Source: Bacilli bacterium (lineage in GTDB: Bacteria; Bacillota_I; Bacilli_A; RFN20; CAG-826). From it: DNA of 64,000 nucleotides. The notes under the pieces are model-generated. The model did not search any database. It was not told the origin of the DNA and was given only the letters and a program-made list of their open reading frames with translations. Numbering within the stretch: position 1 is the stretch's first letter; each line of letters begins with the position of its first letter. Shown here piece by piece: positions 46,501 to 54,540 of this stretch. Position numbers and translations under genes: made by a program. The stretch lies in NCBI GenBank assembly GCA_024408295.1, contig JAKSVE010000001.1, positions 21,657 through 85,656 of the forward strand, in the 5' to 3' direction.

Positions 46501-48308
46501 GCCAAACTTCATTGAGGTTCAATGATTTCGGCGAGCTTTCCTCTAGACGTTTTTCGTCCAGGCTTCTTGGGGACGTTGTGATTGTTGAAAATTTTTCATA
46601 TTCCCTAGGCGGGAGACTAAGTGGTCATGAGTCATCTGTTGAAGAAGAGTATGCGCAAACGTCTTGTCTAGATTGTGTGGAATATGATTATTTAGGCGCG
46701 GTTGTCGGAAGAACAAGAACATGTGGTGAATTATATCTATCCGAGTCTTCATCGTACTATATTCAAACGATAGATGCCGAAGATTTCAAGGTGTCGTCGG
46801 TTGAAATTTCGGTTTGTGGGCGTTCCGTATGTGGTTTCTCAGTAAAGAGGGATTCTTCCGGATTCATTGTCGCCGATTCGAATTCTTTTGTCGGACAAGG
46901 AGAAAAATTATATGAATATGACGACTTGCGTAGGCTGTCGAGAGTTGTCGATAGTGATGAGGGGTTGAGCATCGAGTACTCGTATAATCAGTCCGGAGAT
47001 ATTGCGAGCAAAACTATCCACGCATTTGGAGCGAATGGCGACGTCTCATCTGAAACGGTGCTTTATACGTACGATTCTCTTCACAGGATTATTAGCTACG
47101 GCAGTGAGCAAATATCGTACAACACATACGGCTATCCGACCAACTATCGTGGTATGCATATGTCTTGGGTGGCAAGGAATTTGGTTTATGCAAATCGATT
47201 TGGCAGATATGTCAGCTTCTCATATTACTCCGATGGCAGTCGTTTCAAAAAGACATTGAGTGATAAAGAAGTTACATACGTATATGACCATGATAGGCTT
47301 GCTGGCGAGAGTATAGCGTACGCAGACGGGACCGTCTGCAAAGTTGTCTATGTCCGCGGAATCGATGGTTTAGTCAGCGCATTAGTGGTGGATGGCGTCT
47401 GGCATTTCCTCGTTAGGAATCTTTTTGGCGATGTCGCCGCGATCTTGTCGCAAGACGGTTCGCTCGAATGCAGCTACCGCTATGACCCATTTGGCGTGCC
47501 GACCGTGTTGGATGCCGATGGGAATGTTGATACAAGCCTAAATTCGATTGGCAACCTCAATCCTTTCAGGTATAGGGGATATTATTATGATGTCGAGACA
47601 GGCCTCTACTGGTTATCCTCGCGTTACTATGATCCAGAGATAGGAAGATTCATAAGTCCTGATAGTGTGGATTGTCTTGATCCGACAAGCATAAACGGAT
47701 TGAACCTTTATGCATACTGCAACAATGATCCGGTGAACTACTGTGACCCTTCTGGGCACATAGCTGTATCCGCTATATTAATAGGAGCCCTTATTGGATT
47801 TGTGACCGCGTATCTATCAGATGTATTTTATAATTTCCGAGACGGAGTAGATTTATCTGATTTTAATACCTTTAAAGATAATTGGCTGAAGTACATCGGT
47901 TCAACAATCGGCGGTGCGGTTGGGGGCCTTGGATCTGGCTTGCTTACAACGGCACTTGCGAGTGGATTGGGGAACGTTATTGAAGCATCTTTTGCTGGTG
48001 ATATTAAATCCTTTGGTGATGTTTTTCTTCAATTTTCGATAGGTGCTGTAATAGGCGGAATTGGTTTTGGGGTTAGTAAAGTCATTTCTTCGCATTTTGC
48101 AAACAAAAAAATATACGGATTATTGGGAAACCTTTCAGATAATGCTAGGGTTAACAAAAGGCTCGCAAATTTGGGTTATAAGAATTTGAAAATAGGTCGT
48201 GATGGATTTGCTAAAGTGTATTCTACTTTGTTTCAAGATTATGGATTTAATCTTTTGAAAGACTGCATATCGTATTCGTACGATTTTGCTACCGGTCTAA
48301 TATTTTGA
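43575..48308 (+). CDS. RHS/YD-repeat polymorphic toxin-like protein with glycine-zipper membrane C-terminal domain
   Basis: Numerous YD repeats. RHS core ...RYRGYYYDVETGLYWLSSRYYDPEIGRFISPD...NLYAYCNNDPVNYCDPSGH, followed by a 182-aa hydrophobic Gly-rich tip. ATG 43575 is preferred over in-frame TTG 43554, which lies inside the putative promoter. Confidence 0.85.
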   Translation: MDTFNLPLTLTDLTDNSVIDLNCAVAISEIKATVSLYDLGPRILNRARLFMPVNVAASLARISCFATGCYIDVAEIIEIDGVYYAIFDITNRLIHLSSGNIDLTFRLSGSAPGIQFDFTPGIAEAFVQAETREAIFLPKETISLISSLNDSFAVSVTPINSSVSVVRPLFRGLLKEEYCLVYNAFYNGTAYSSVFPLGWGMSELPEWDDDEKVLYDGEKRPIKFVPTLNNQNVLIDSMGSRICAKLMSSTVEITKIGEDGAIVFDRNSGRISSKTSFGRITSFAYQTGRIVISDPYGNVISIRRVLNQLLISLNSGDISFSCDIYGPSQVSIFEQSAGVGRGSETITYGNYGRVISVESFDGEKIELEYFSSGKIKKICKRSATGESFDSSEFSHYSDSFSITDEYGKTIAYRFDDSLEIVSSFDASSGNRLFIGKRNATDDDYVMADDPVVLLSDDGHDFISVTGINNPNHSVGGSEGIHATIEGAVINDSEEYMLSLVVYGHAPSPSRSGANCRGVEVSVRLEYGRSGPQPLQPDNIKIEADRYNVVCASLPIKSSYQGRPLTSVSAYLIVTDESYSTFVLFATITRATKIKRSFVYFENESEDLNHLRIFNPSRIIGTDGIDLVGRDIRVTQSDAVSNMYSSMNGNDIVFFDDGKYAVYGISVRYFDGQYRLSSNADFSFSSNVSSECVSVTRYVREGLRLNVESILFSRNTQDVRKNFVMLDNLGRIIREECDSSETVYRYNSSGLIESVSQIGQGSTEYYYDDSDRLISEQHSNRSLSFAVFYAYYGNYERACFSQRSGCPYEYFEFSDGYGPMSSLIRWFGTNYFTRHQDGRIASASDGNRVASFGYNHKKECIGASCSGAIERIDSETQTETRWLLNSYSCVISRDEYGRPYEYSVNGTLKSRLIYSDTDIYTNYFDITYDDERIHSSNSSKLIFRFETLDSTMTHYLYDSFGRVIDVDVMESESLRQCQTSLRFNDFGELSSRRFSSRLLGDVVIVENFSYSLGGRLSGHESSVEEEYAQTSCLDCVEYDYLGAVVGRTRTCGELYLSESSSYYIQTIDAEDFKVSSVEISVCGRSVCGFSVKRDSSGFIVADSNSFVGQGEKLYEYDDLRRLSRVVDSDEGLSIEYSYNQSGDIASKTIHAFGANGDVSSETVLYTYDSLHRIISYGSEQISYNTYGYPTNYRGMHMSWVARNLVYANRFGRYVSFSYYSDGSRFKKTLSDKEVTYVYDHDRLAGESIAYADGTVCKVVYVRGIDGLVSALVVDGVWHFLVRNLFGDVAAILSQDGSLECSYRYDPFGVPTVLDADGNVDTSLNSIGNLNPFRYRGYYYDVETGLYWLSSRYYDPEIGRFISPDSVDCLDPTSINGLNLYAYCNNDPVNYCDPSGHIAVSAILIGALIGFVTAYLSDVFYNFRDGVDLSDFNTFKDNWLKYIGSTIGGAVGGLGSGLLTTALASGLGNVIEASFAGDIKSFGDVFLQFSIGAVIGGIGFGVSKVISSHFANKKIYGLLGNLSDNARVNKRLANLGYKNLKIGRDGFAKVYSTLFQDYGFNLLKDCISYSYDFATGLIF

Positions 48309-48322
48309 TTGGAGGGACAACT

Positions 48323-48961
48323 GTGGTTCTGTCATTTCTAATTATTATTGATTTTGCCTTATGTATCTTATTACTTGCACTGCTTGTTGCGGTTGCATTT
48401 ACTAGCTATTTTTATTACTGCATAGGTATATTTGCGTTGCTTTTGTTCACTTATCTTTTGGGCAGTACATTTTTTCACATCTCCTCGAAAAGGGCATTGA
48501 TCGGCAAGGAAGATAATTATTACAATTTTCCAAAATATTATGAACGCGAGATAGAGGAGATAACTGTGTGCAAGAAAAAGAACATTTGGGAGATGCACAT
48601 CGGTGGTAATACTATAAATTTTGTATTTGGTCACTACTTGTTTCAAAAGAGTTTCATAAGAGCGTATGTAGTCCGAAATTTAATGTATAAACACGTCGAC
48701 AGAAAAAGAGAGCTTAGGAATCTTATGAATTACAGATTCCAATCGCCAAACAGCAATAACGTGGATATAGTTTTCATCTCCGAAGATAAAAGGAAAAGAA
48801 TTAGAGTGTGCAATTGCGGACAAATTCAGAACACCATTTTATCTAGAGCCATAACAAAATCTCATTTTTACAAACTATATTTTTCGAATGTGACATATTA
48901 CGCTTTCATGAATCAAATCGTTCATATTAATGAAAAAATATATGATAGTTTTGTAGACTAA
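48323..48961 (+). CDS. two-TM membrane protein, candidate cognate immunity protein
   Basis: SD GGAGGG 6 nt before GTG 48323, 15 nt after the RHS stop. Two N-terminal TM helices and a ~150-aa basic cytosolic part. Very AT-rich. Confidence 0.65.
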   Translation: MVLSFLIIIDFALCILLLALLVAVAFTSYFYYCIGIFALLLFTYLLGSTFFHISSKRALIGKEDNYYNFPKYYEREIEEITVCKKKNIWEMHIGGNTINFVFGHYLFQKSFIRAYVVRNLMYKHVDRKRELRNLMNYRFQSPNSNNVDIVFISEDKRKRIRVCNCGQIQNTILSRAITKSHFYKLYFSNVTYYAFMNQIVHINEKIYDSFVD

Positions 48962-49198
48962 TCTTCTGTGAGACAAACGTACATTCTTAAATCGTGACAC
49001 AGCCATCAGTCTATGAATAATGTGAAGCAAATAGTTGGAATAGCGATATTAGAATTGTTGTGGAAGAACTCTTCTGGCGGCCAGTGCCTAATATGTGAGC
49101 TTTGGAATGTTGAGCGAACAGGGGATTGCAACTGCAAGATATGTTCTCTTTAGTATAGTTTGCCGTGTGACATTAGAACGTTTTTGCGGAGTTTAATG

Positions 49199-50026
49199 TC
49201 ATGCTATATCGTCAAAATGCAGTTCTGATATTTCGTTGGCAGGTAGCATCTTCTCTAATTCTATTGCTATCCCGTCATTGTTATTGTCTTTTTCTGTGAT
49301 TATTGCATCTTCAGGGATTATTTCTAGGTTTGTGTTGCTCATTAGATAGCGAACACCAGCCTCATTAAGCATCTCCAAATCATTGACCGAATCACCAAAA
49401 GCAATCGTGTCTTCTTTCTTTATCCCTAGCTGTTCTTGAATGTATTTAAGACAAGAGCCCTTGTTGACTCCGTCGATATATAACTCGCTATAGGAGGAGC
49501 CACACCATTTACGCCACTTTATTGGGTAGTGGGAGTTAGCAATCTCCTCAAGTTTTCCTAAATCTTTGGCGTTACAGTCGAATATAGCCGTATAGACGTC
49601 TTCCTTGAGTATTTCCTTGAAATCTCCATAAATCGGCCTCATATAAGGGAAATATGCATTAAGATATTCTTTACGGAACATTAAGTATGTTTGACTCTCA
49701 GATTCTGAGCAGAGGTCGGTAATGATACCTTTTGCTCTATCAACAATATCAAGCACATCATCTTTCTTGAGGATATATTTTAGTTCCTTGAAAGACGAAT
49801 CGCATGGATTGAAGGTATGCATTCCGTTTAAGGTGATTACAGGGCCGTTGCATCCTAGGTCCTCATAGTAATCTTTTATGGCTCTCCAAGGACGCCCGCT
49901 TGAAATGACGACGATATGCCCGTCTTTAATTGCCGTCTGTAGGACCTCTTTGGTTTTGTTTGTTATCTGGTGCTTAGAATTCAGGAGTGTTCCATCCATA
50001 TCCAAGGCTATTAATTTCTTATTCAT
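49199..50026 (-). CDS. Cof-type HAD-IIB phosphatase
   Basis: DMDGTLL motif I, GDSVNDLEM motif IV. Start taken at MNKKLIALDMDGTLL. Confidence 0.85.
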   Translation of the reverse strand: MNKKLIALDMDGTLLNSKHQITNKTKEVLQTAIKDGHIVVISSGRPWRAIKDYYEDLGCNGPVITLNGMHTFNPCDSSFKELKYILKKDDVLDIVDRAKGIITDLCSESESQTYLMFRKEYLNAYFPYMRPIYGDFKEILKEDVYTAIFDCNAKDLGKLEEIANSHYPIKWRKWCGSSYSELYIDGVNKGSCLKYIQEQLGIKKEDTIAFGDSVNDLEMLNEAGVRYLMSNTNLEIIPEDAIITEKDNNNDGIAIELEKMLPANEISELHFDDIA

Positions 50027-50160
50027 TGTCGTGACGTTAATATTCCGCACATATTCTACATACTTAACAAGCGAACGTGAATAGATGGTGAAACGGTTGG
50101 CCCTATCGTCTGACTAAGGCTGAGAACCCTATTTTCTATTATGTGTGTGCATGCGATAAT

Positions 50161-51258
50161 ATGAGCATGTCTACCCCACAGTTCCCATTTACTAATAAAG
50201 ATGTCACAACGACATTGGTGAAAAGATACTCAACCGTCTATCTAATTGTCTTAAGCATCATATCTCTATTTGAAGTCTTCATGATTGCTAGAGGCATATT
50301 CGTCTTCGATTTTGCAAGAATTAAGCACGTCCTTTATTTTGTGTCGTATATATTCTTGCTCACGATGTCTTTGGGGGAAGTCCTAATCATATTCCTGAAC
50401 AAGAAGGGGAAACTTAAAGACAGCTGGCTATTTTACTCCATGTATGCCTATTGCCTTGCGATTGTTATCTGGGCATCGTTGATATCGATTCTCGACTCTA
50501 ACGGCTCAGACATCCCATTTGTCTATTTCACCATCATCATCACTATCGCGGGATTGTTATTCATCAACCCTTGGTACTATATCTCAACGGTTCTTGCCTC
50601 ATTCACCGCCGTATTCCTAATAAGCAACAAAGATGACCTACTCTCGGGCCTTTCTGGCGGTGACCTCATCAACGACATAGTCTTTATCGTCATGTGCATA
50701 CTTGTCGCGGTTAGACAATATAAGTCCACATTGAAACAAGAGAAGTACGCCTGGACATTAAATGAGCTCAATTACACAGACCACTTAACCGGCTTAGGGA
50801 ACGAGAGAAAGTATTTCGAGGTCATCGAAAGGATTAACTCCGGCATAAGCAAAGGACGAAAGAAATTCGCTGTTACGGTAATAGATGTAAACGGAGTCAA
50901 AGTCACGAATGATAAATACGGACATAGATTCGGTTGCCATTTAATCGTCACAACCGGAAATATCCTCCCAACAATCTTCAAGTCAAGCACCTTATTCCAT
51001 ATCGGAGGAGACGAATTCGTCGGCATAATCGAGGGCGAGGATTACACTCATCTCGACGCAAGATTAAGTGAATTCAAAGAGAAGCTAGAATATTCCGATA
51101 TTGAATTTGAAGGAAAGCCGTTGTTCTTAAGTGCCGCAATCGGTATAGCAAAATGCGAAGATGAAAGCTCTTATAGAGAAGTCTTCCAAAAAGCCGATGC
51201 TGCGATGTACGAGGATAAGAAGATAGTCAAAGAGACTCACAACATTCCTAGTAGATAA
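50161..51258 (+). CDS. membrane-bound diguanylate cyclase (GGDEF domain)
   Basis: About 6 N-terminal TM helices, then LTGLGNERKYF...HIGGDEFVGI. Start uncertain: ATG 50161, or in-frame GTG 50143. Confidence 0.85.
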   Translation: MSMSTPQFPFTNKDVTTTLVKRYSTVYLIVLSIISLFEVFMIARGIFVFDFARIKHVLYFVSYIFLLTMSLGEVLIIFLNKKGKLKDSWLFYSMYAYCLAIVIWASLISILDSNGSDIPFVYFTIIITIAGLLFINPWYYISTVLASFTAVFLISNKDDLLSGLSGGDLINDIVFIVMCILVAVRQYKSTLKQEKYAWTLNELNYTDHLTGLGNERKYFEVIERINSGISKGRKKFAVTVIDVNGVKVTNDKYGHRFGCHLIVTTGNILPTIFKSSTLFHIGGDEFVGIIEGEDYTHLDARLSEFKEKLEYSDIEFEGKPLFLSAAIGIAKCEDESSYREVFQKADAAMYEDKKIVKETHNIPSR

Positions 51259-51262
51259 GAAT

Positions 51263-51296
51263 ACCTCCTGCCTAGTAGTGGTGGGAGGTTTTTTCT
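51263..51296 (+). terminator. intrinsic terminator of the GGDEF gene
   Basis: ACCTCCT...GGGAGGT then TTTTTCTG. Confidence 0.75.
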
Positions 51297-51427
51297 GTCA
51301 CCTTCGATTCAGACACGCTATCAAATAGATAAACCGGTAAAAATTAACCGAATATTCTAGTTTCAGTTATACTCAAATTAAATTTGTGTATAATTAAACC
51401 GCTAATCTAAAAAGGGAGGATTAAAGC

Positions 51428-52294
51428 ATGTTAGTTTCTGCAACAGAAATAATCAATAAAGCTCACGAAGGCCACTATGCTATCGGAGCATTCAACACAA
51501 ACAACCTCGAATGGACAAAGAGCCTCTTAAAAGCAGCTCAGGACGCTAAGGCTCCAATCATCATTCAGACATCAGAAGGCGCAGCTAAATATATGGGCGG
51601 CTTCAAGATGGTCGTTGACATCATCAGAGATTTACACGATTCAATGGGAATCACAGTTCCAGTCGCATTACACCTCGACCACGGAACATATGAAGGCGCT
51701 AAGAAGTGCATCGAACTCGGCTATACATCAGTCATGTTCGACGGCTCACACTACAGCATCGAAGAAAACATCGAAAAATCAAAGGAGATCCTCGCTCTTG
51801 CTCATGCAAAGGGAATCTCAGTCGAATGTGAAGTCGGTGGCATCGGCGGTGTCGAAGACGGAGTCGCTTCACAGGGTGAATTAGCAGATCCAGCAGAGTG
51901 CAAGATGGTCGCAGCTCTCGGAGTTGACTTCCTCGCATGCGGTATCGGAAACATCCACGGCAAGTATCCAGAGAACTGGGCTGGCTTAAACTTCGAAAGA
52001 CTCGCAGAAATCAACGCTGCAGTTGATGGCAAGCCACTCGTCTTACACGGTGGTTCAGGCATCCCATTCGAGCAGACAGACAAGGCTATCAAGAACGGTG
52101 TTTCAAAGATCAACGTCAACACAGAACTTCAGTTAGTCTATGCAGCTGCTATCCGTAAATACATCGAAGCTGGATTAGACCTCCAGGGCAAGGGCTTCGA
52201 CCCACGTAAGCTCATGAAGCCAGGATTCGATGCAATCACAGAACAGACAATCGCTCTCATGAAGGCATTCGGCTGTGCTGGAAAAGCTGAGTAA
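51428..52294 (+). CDS. fba: class II fructose-bisphosphate aldolase
   Basis: YAIGAFN, LHLDHG, VLHGGSG motifs. SD AGGGAGGA. Confidence 0.95.
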   Translation: MLVSATEIINKAHEGHYAIGAFNTNNLEWTKSLLKAAQDAKAPIIIQTSEGAAKYMGGFKMVVDIIRDLHDSMGITVPVALHLDHGTYEGAKKCIELGYTSVMFDGSHYSIEENIEKSKEILALAHAKGISVECEVGGIGGVEDGVASQGELADPAECKMVAALGVDFLACGIGNIHGKYPENWAGLNFERLAEINAAVDGKPLVLHGGSGIPFEQTDKAIKNGVSKINVNTELQLVYAAAIRKYIEAGLDLQGKGFDPRKLMKPGFDAITEQTIALMKAFGCAGKAE

Positions 52295-52322
52295 TCAACT
52301 CTAGGCCAACATTGATGAAAAC

Positions 52323-52356
52323 ATACCTCCATCCGTGATGATGGGGGTATTTTTTA
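52323..52356 (+). terminator. intrinsic terminator of fba
   Basis: ATACCTCCAT / ATGGGGGTAT 10-bp stem then TTTTTAAT. Confidence 0.85.
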
Positions 52357-52370
52357 ATGCCAAAATCGGC

Positions 52371-52403
52371 GAAAGAAAACGGGCATCATCGCTGTTGCCC
52401 GTT
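52371..52403 (-). terminator. intrinsic terminator of trpS
   Basis: Minus strand: AACGGGCA...TGCCCGTT then TTCTTTC. Confidence 0.75.
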
Positions 52404-52420
52404 GTTAGGTTTGTATCAGT

Positions 52421-53410
52421 TTATTCGAGTGTTAACAATCCGACTGCGTTCTGAACACGCTTAAGGGTGACGTTGGCGATTGCGTTTGCCTTCTTTGCGC
52501 CTTCCTTTAAGACATCGAGATATTCGCCTGATGCGATAATCTCTTCATATCTTGCTTTAAATGGAGCGAGTTCTCTTTCGACCGTGTCAGCGACTTCCTT
52601 CTTGAAGTCTCCGTATCTTGTGCAGCCTTCGAAGTGCTTTGCGGCTTCTTCGATTGTGATATCGTTCAACGCTGCATAGATGGTTAAGAGGTTTGAGACG
52701 CCTGGCTTATTGACTGGATCGTAGTAGACAAGCGCTTCCATGTCTGTGACTGCCGACATGATTTTCTTTCTGATGGTCTTCATGTCATCCTTGAGGAAGA
52801 TGTCGCCTTTTGGATCTGATTTGCTCATCTTCTTGGTTGGGTCACTAAGTGACATGATTCTTGCTCCGACCTTATTGACCTTGCCTTGTGGCATGACAAG
52901 GATGTCGCCATATTTATGATTGAAGCGGTGGACTAAGTCTCTAGCGAGTTCAATATGCTGGAGCTGGTCTTCGCCAACTGGAACTGTCTTTGCATCGTAT
53001 AAGAGGATGTCCGCAGCCATAAGGACTGGGTAAGCGAATAATCCTAAGCCGATTTCTTTGTCATTCATCTTAGCGGATTTATCCTTGAACTGAGTCATTC
53101 TTGATAATTCGCCCATATAGAGATAGTTCTGGACGATTGAATTCAATTCTGAATGGGCAGAGACGGTTGACTGAAGGAAGATTGTTGCCTTCTTTGGGTC
53201 TAAGCCAGATGCAAGATAGAATGCAGCGATATCGCGTGAATTTTGTCTAAGGACCTCTGGGTCGATAGGTAATGTCAACGCGTGTAAGTCTGCGATGAAA
53301 ATGAAGACTTCTCCGTTATCCTGGAAGTCCTTGAAGTGCCTAAGCGCACCGATGTAGTTGCCAAGAGTCAATTGGCCTGTTGGTTTAATGCCTGATAATA
53401 TACGTTCCAT
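52421..53410 (-). CDS. trpS: tryptophan--tRNA ligase
   Basis: SGIKPTGQLTLGNYIGAL (HIGH region) and KMSKS. 329 aa from ATG 53410. Confidence 0.93.
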   Translation of the reverse strand: MERILSGIKPTGQLTLGNYIGALRHFKDFQDNGEVFIFIADLHALTLPIDPEVLRQNSRDIAAFYLASGLDPKKATIFLQSTVSAHSELNSIVQNYLYMGELSRMTQFKDKSAKMNDKEIGLGLFAYPVLMAADILLYDAKTVPVGEDQLQHIELARDLVHRFNHKYGDILVMPQGKVNKVGARIMSLSDPTKKMSKSDPKGDIFLKDDMKTIRKKIMSAVTDMEALVYYDPVNKPGVSNLLTIYAALNDITIEEAAKHFEGCTRYGDFKKEVADTVERELAPFKARYEEIIASGEYLDVLKEGAKKANAIANVTLKRVQNAVGLLTLE

Positions 53411-53476
53411 GTGGGAAATTATAAAACAATATAAGTTTATTGCAAAACTTAAAGCCAAAAGTTTTATAATAAACTC

Positions 53477-53926
53477 ATGATTAAGATTTACTATTCACCA
53501 AGCTGCTCAAGCTGTCGAAAAGTCAGAAAGTGGTTCGAAGAACAGAAAATACCTTACATCGGCAAGGATATTTTCAGTGGGACCCTCTCGACCGAAGATC
53601 TTAAGGAAATCATCCAGAAATGCATCGATGGAACAGAAGAGATCATTTCACCAAGAAGCAAAATTGTCATGGAAAACAACATCGATTTCGATTCCATGAA
53701 AATCTCTGAGCTTATCGAATTCATCAAGAAGAACCCATCGGTATTAAGAAGACCAATCATCGTTGACGATAGAAAGGTTCAGGTTGGATATAACCCAGAG
53801 GAAATAAGGACCTTCATCCCACCGGCAAGAAGACTCGCAGAGATGACCTGTAACGTCGAGTGCCCAAGATTCGGGCAGTGCGACGCCAGCCTCGATATGC
53901 TAGGAAAAACGCCTATCCACAATTAG
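53477..53926 (+). CDS. spx: Spx/ArsC-family global redox regulator with Cys-rich C-terminal extension
   Basis: MIKIYYSPSCSSCRKVRKWFEE CxxC start and LRRPIIVDDRKVQVGYNPEEIRTF, closely following Spx. Confidence 0.88.
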   Translation: MIKIYYSPSCSSCRKVRKWFEEQKIPYIGKDIFSGTLSTEDLKEIIQKCIDGTEEIISPRSKIVMENNIDFDSMKISELIEFIKKNPSVLRRPIIVDDRKVQVGYNPEEIRTFIPPARRLAEMTCNVECPRFGQCDASLDMLGKTPIHN

Positions 53927-53938
53927 GATGGGCGTATT

Positions 53939-54511
53939 TTATTTCCCTATAGCCTTTAGGGCTCTTTCGATTTTATGCACCTTGTTTTCAACGAATGGTA
54001 TCTTGAACGAATCAAGAAGCGTCCTTAGATTGTCGATGGTGCTATCCATCTCATTTCCTTCCAGCTCAATTTCATAATCAGTAATGCCTGAGTATTCGTT
54101 TTTGTCTATCGATAAGGTTCCACCTTTATATGGGACATCGGTTCTAGTGGTGGTTAAACTTGTATAGATTCTAAGTTCTCTTGTGTTTACACCTAACTCA
54201 TCTAATCTATCTTTTATCTCGCATTTCGGAAAGAGGTGGTTATCTTTGAATGAGATGAATTCATCCTGTGTAATCGTGTGATTAATCTCTAGGAGGCCGA
54301 CTTCCAAAGGAACCTTAAGAGTCAATTCCAAGGAACCATTCTTTTCTCTTGCCCTTAACGCTATCAAATTGGATTTGAGAACTCGATTTTCCGTATCGAT
54401 ATAGTGGTTGGTCTGCGTATACATTCCATATTCTTTATATGTATCAATAAGCAACTCATAGTCGCTTTTTGATATCAATGCTTTTGCTTCAATCTCAATG
54501 CTGTTACTCAT
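53939..54511 (-). CDS. CYTH-domain protein (triphosphatase/class IV cyclase fold)
   Basis: EIEAKAL start motif (ExExK); 190 aa. Confidence 0.75.
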   Translation of the reverse strand: MSNSIEIEAKALISKSDYELLIDTYKEYGMYTQTNHYIDTENRVLKSNLIALRAREKNGSLELTLKVPLEVGLLEINHTITQDEFISFKDNHLFPKCEIKDRLDELGVNTRELRIYTSLTTTRTDVPYKGGTLSIDKNEYSGITDYEIELEGNEMDSTIDNLRTLLDSFKIPFVENKVHKIERALKAIGK

Positions 54512-54540
54512 AAATATCTCTAATGTGTTATTATAATGGC

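Noticed and set aside
53411-53476. T-box leader for trpS (also considered for argS at 9500-9531)
   Set aside because: The trpS upstream region is only 66 nt, and argS overlaps ispF. Neither leaves room for a T-box of about 200 nt, and no specifier or T-box motif was seen.
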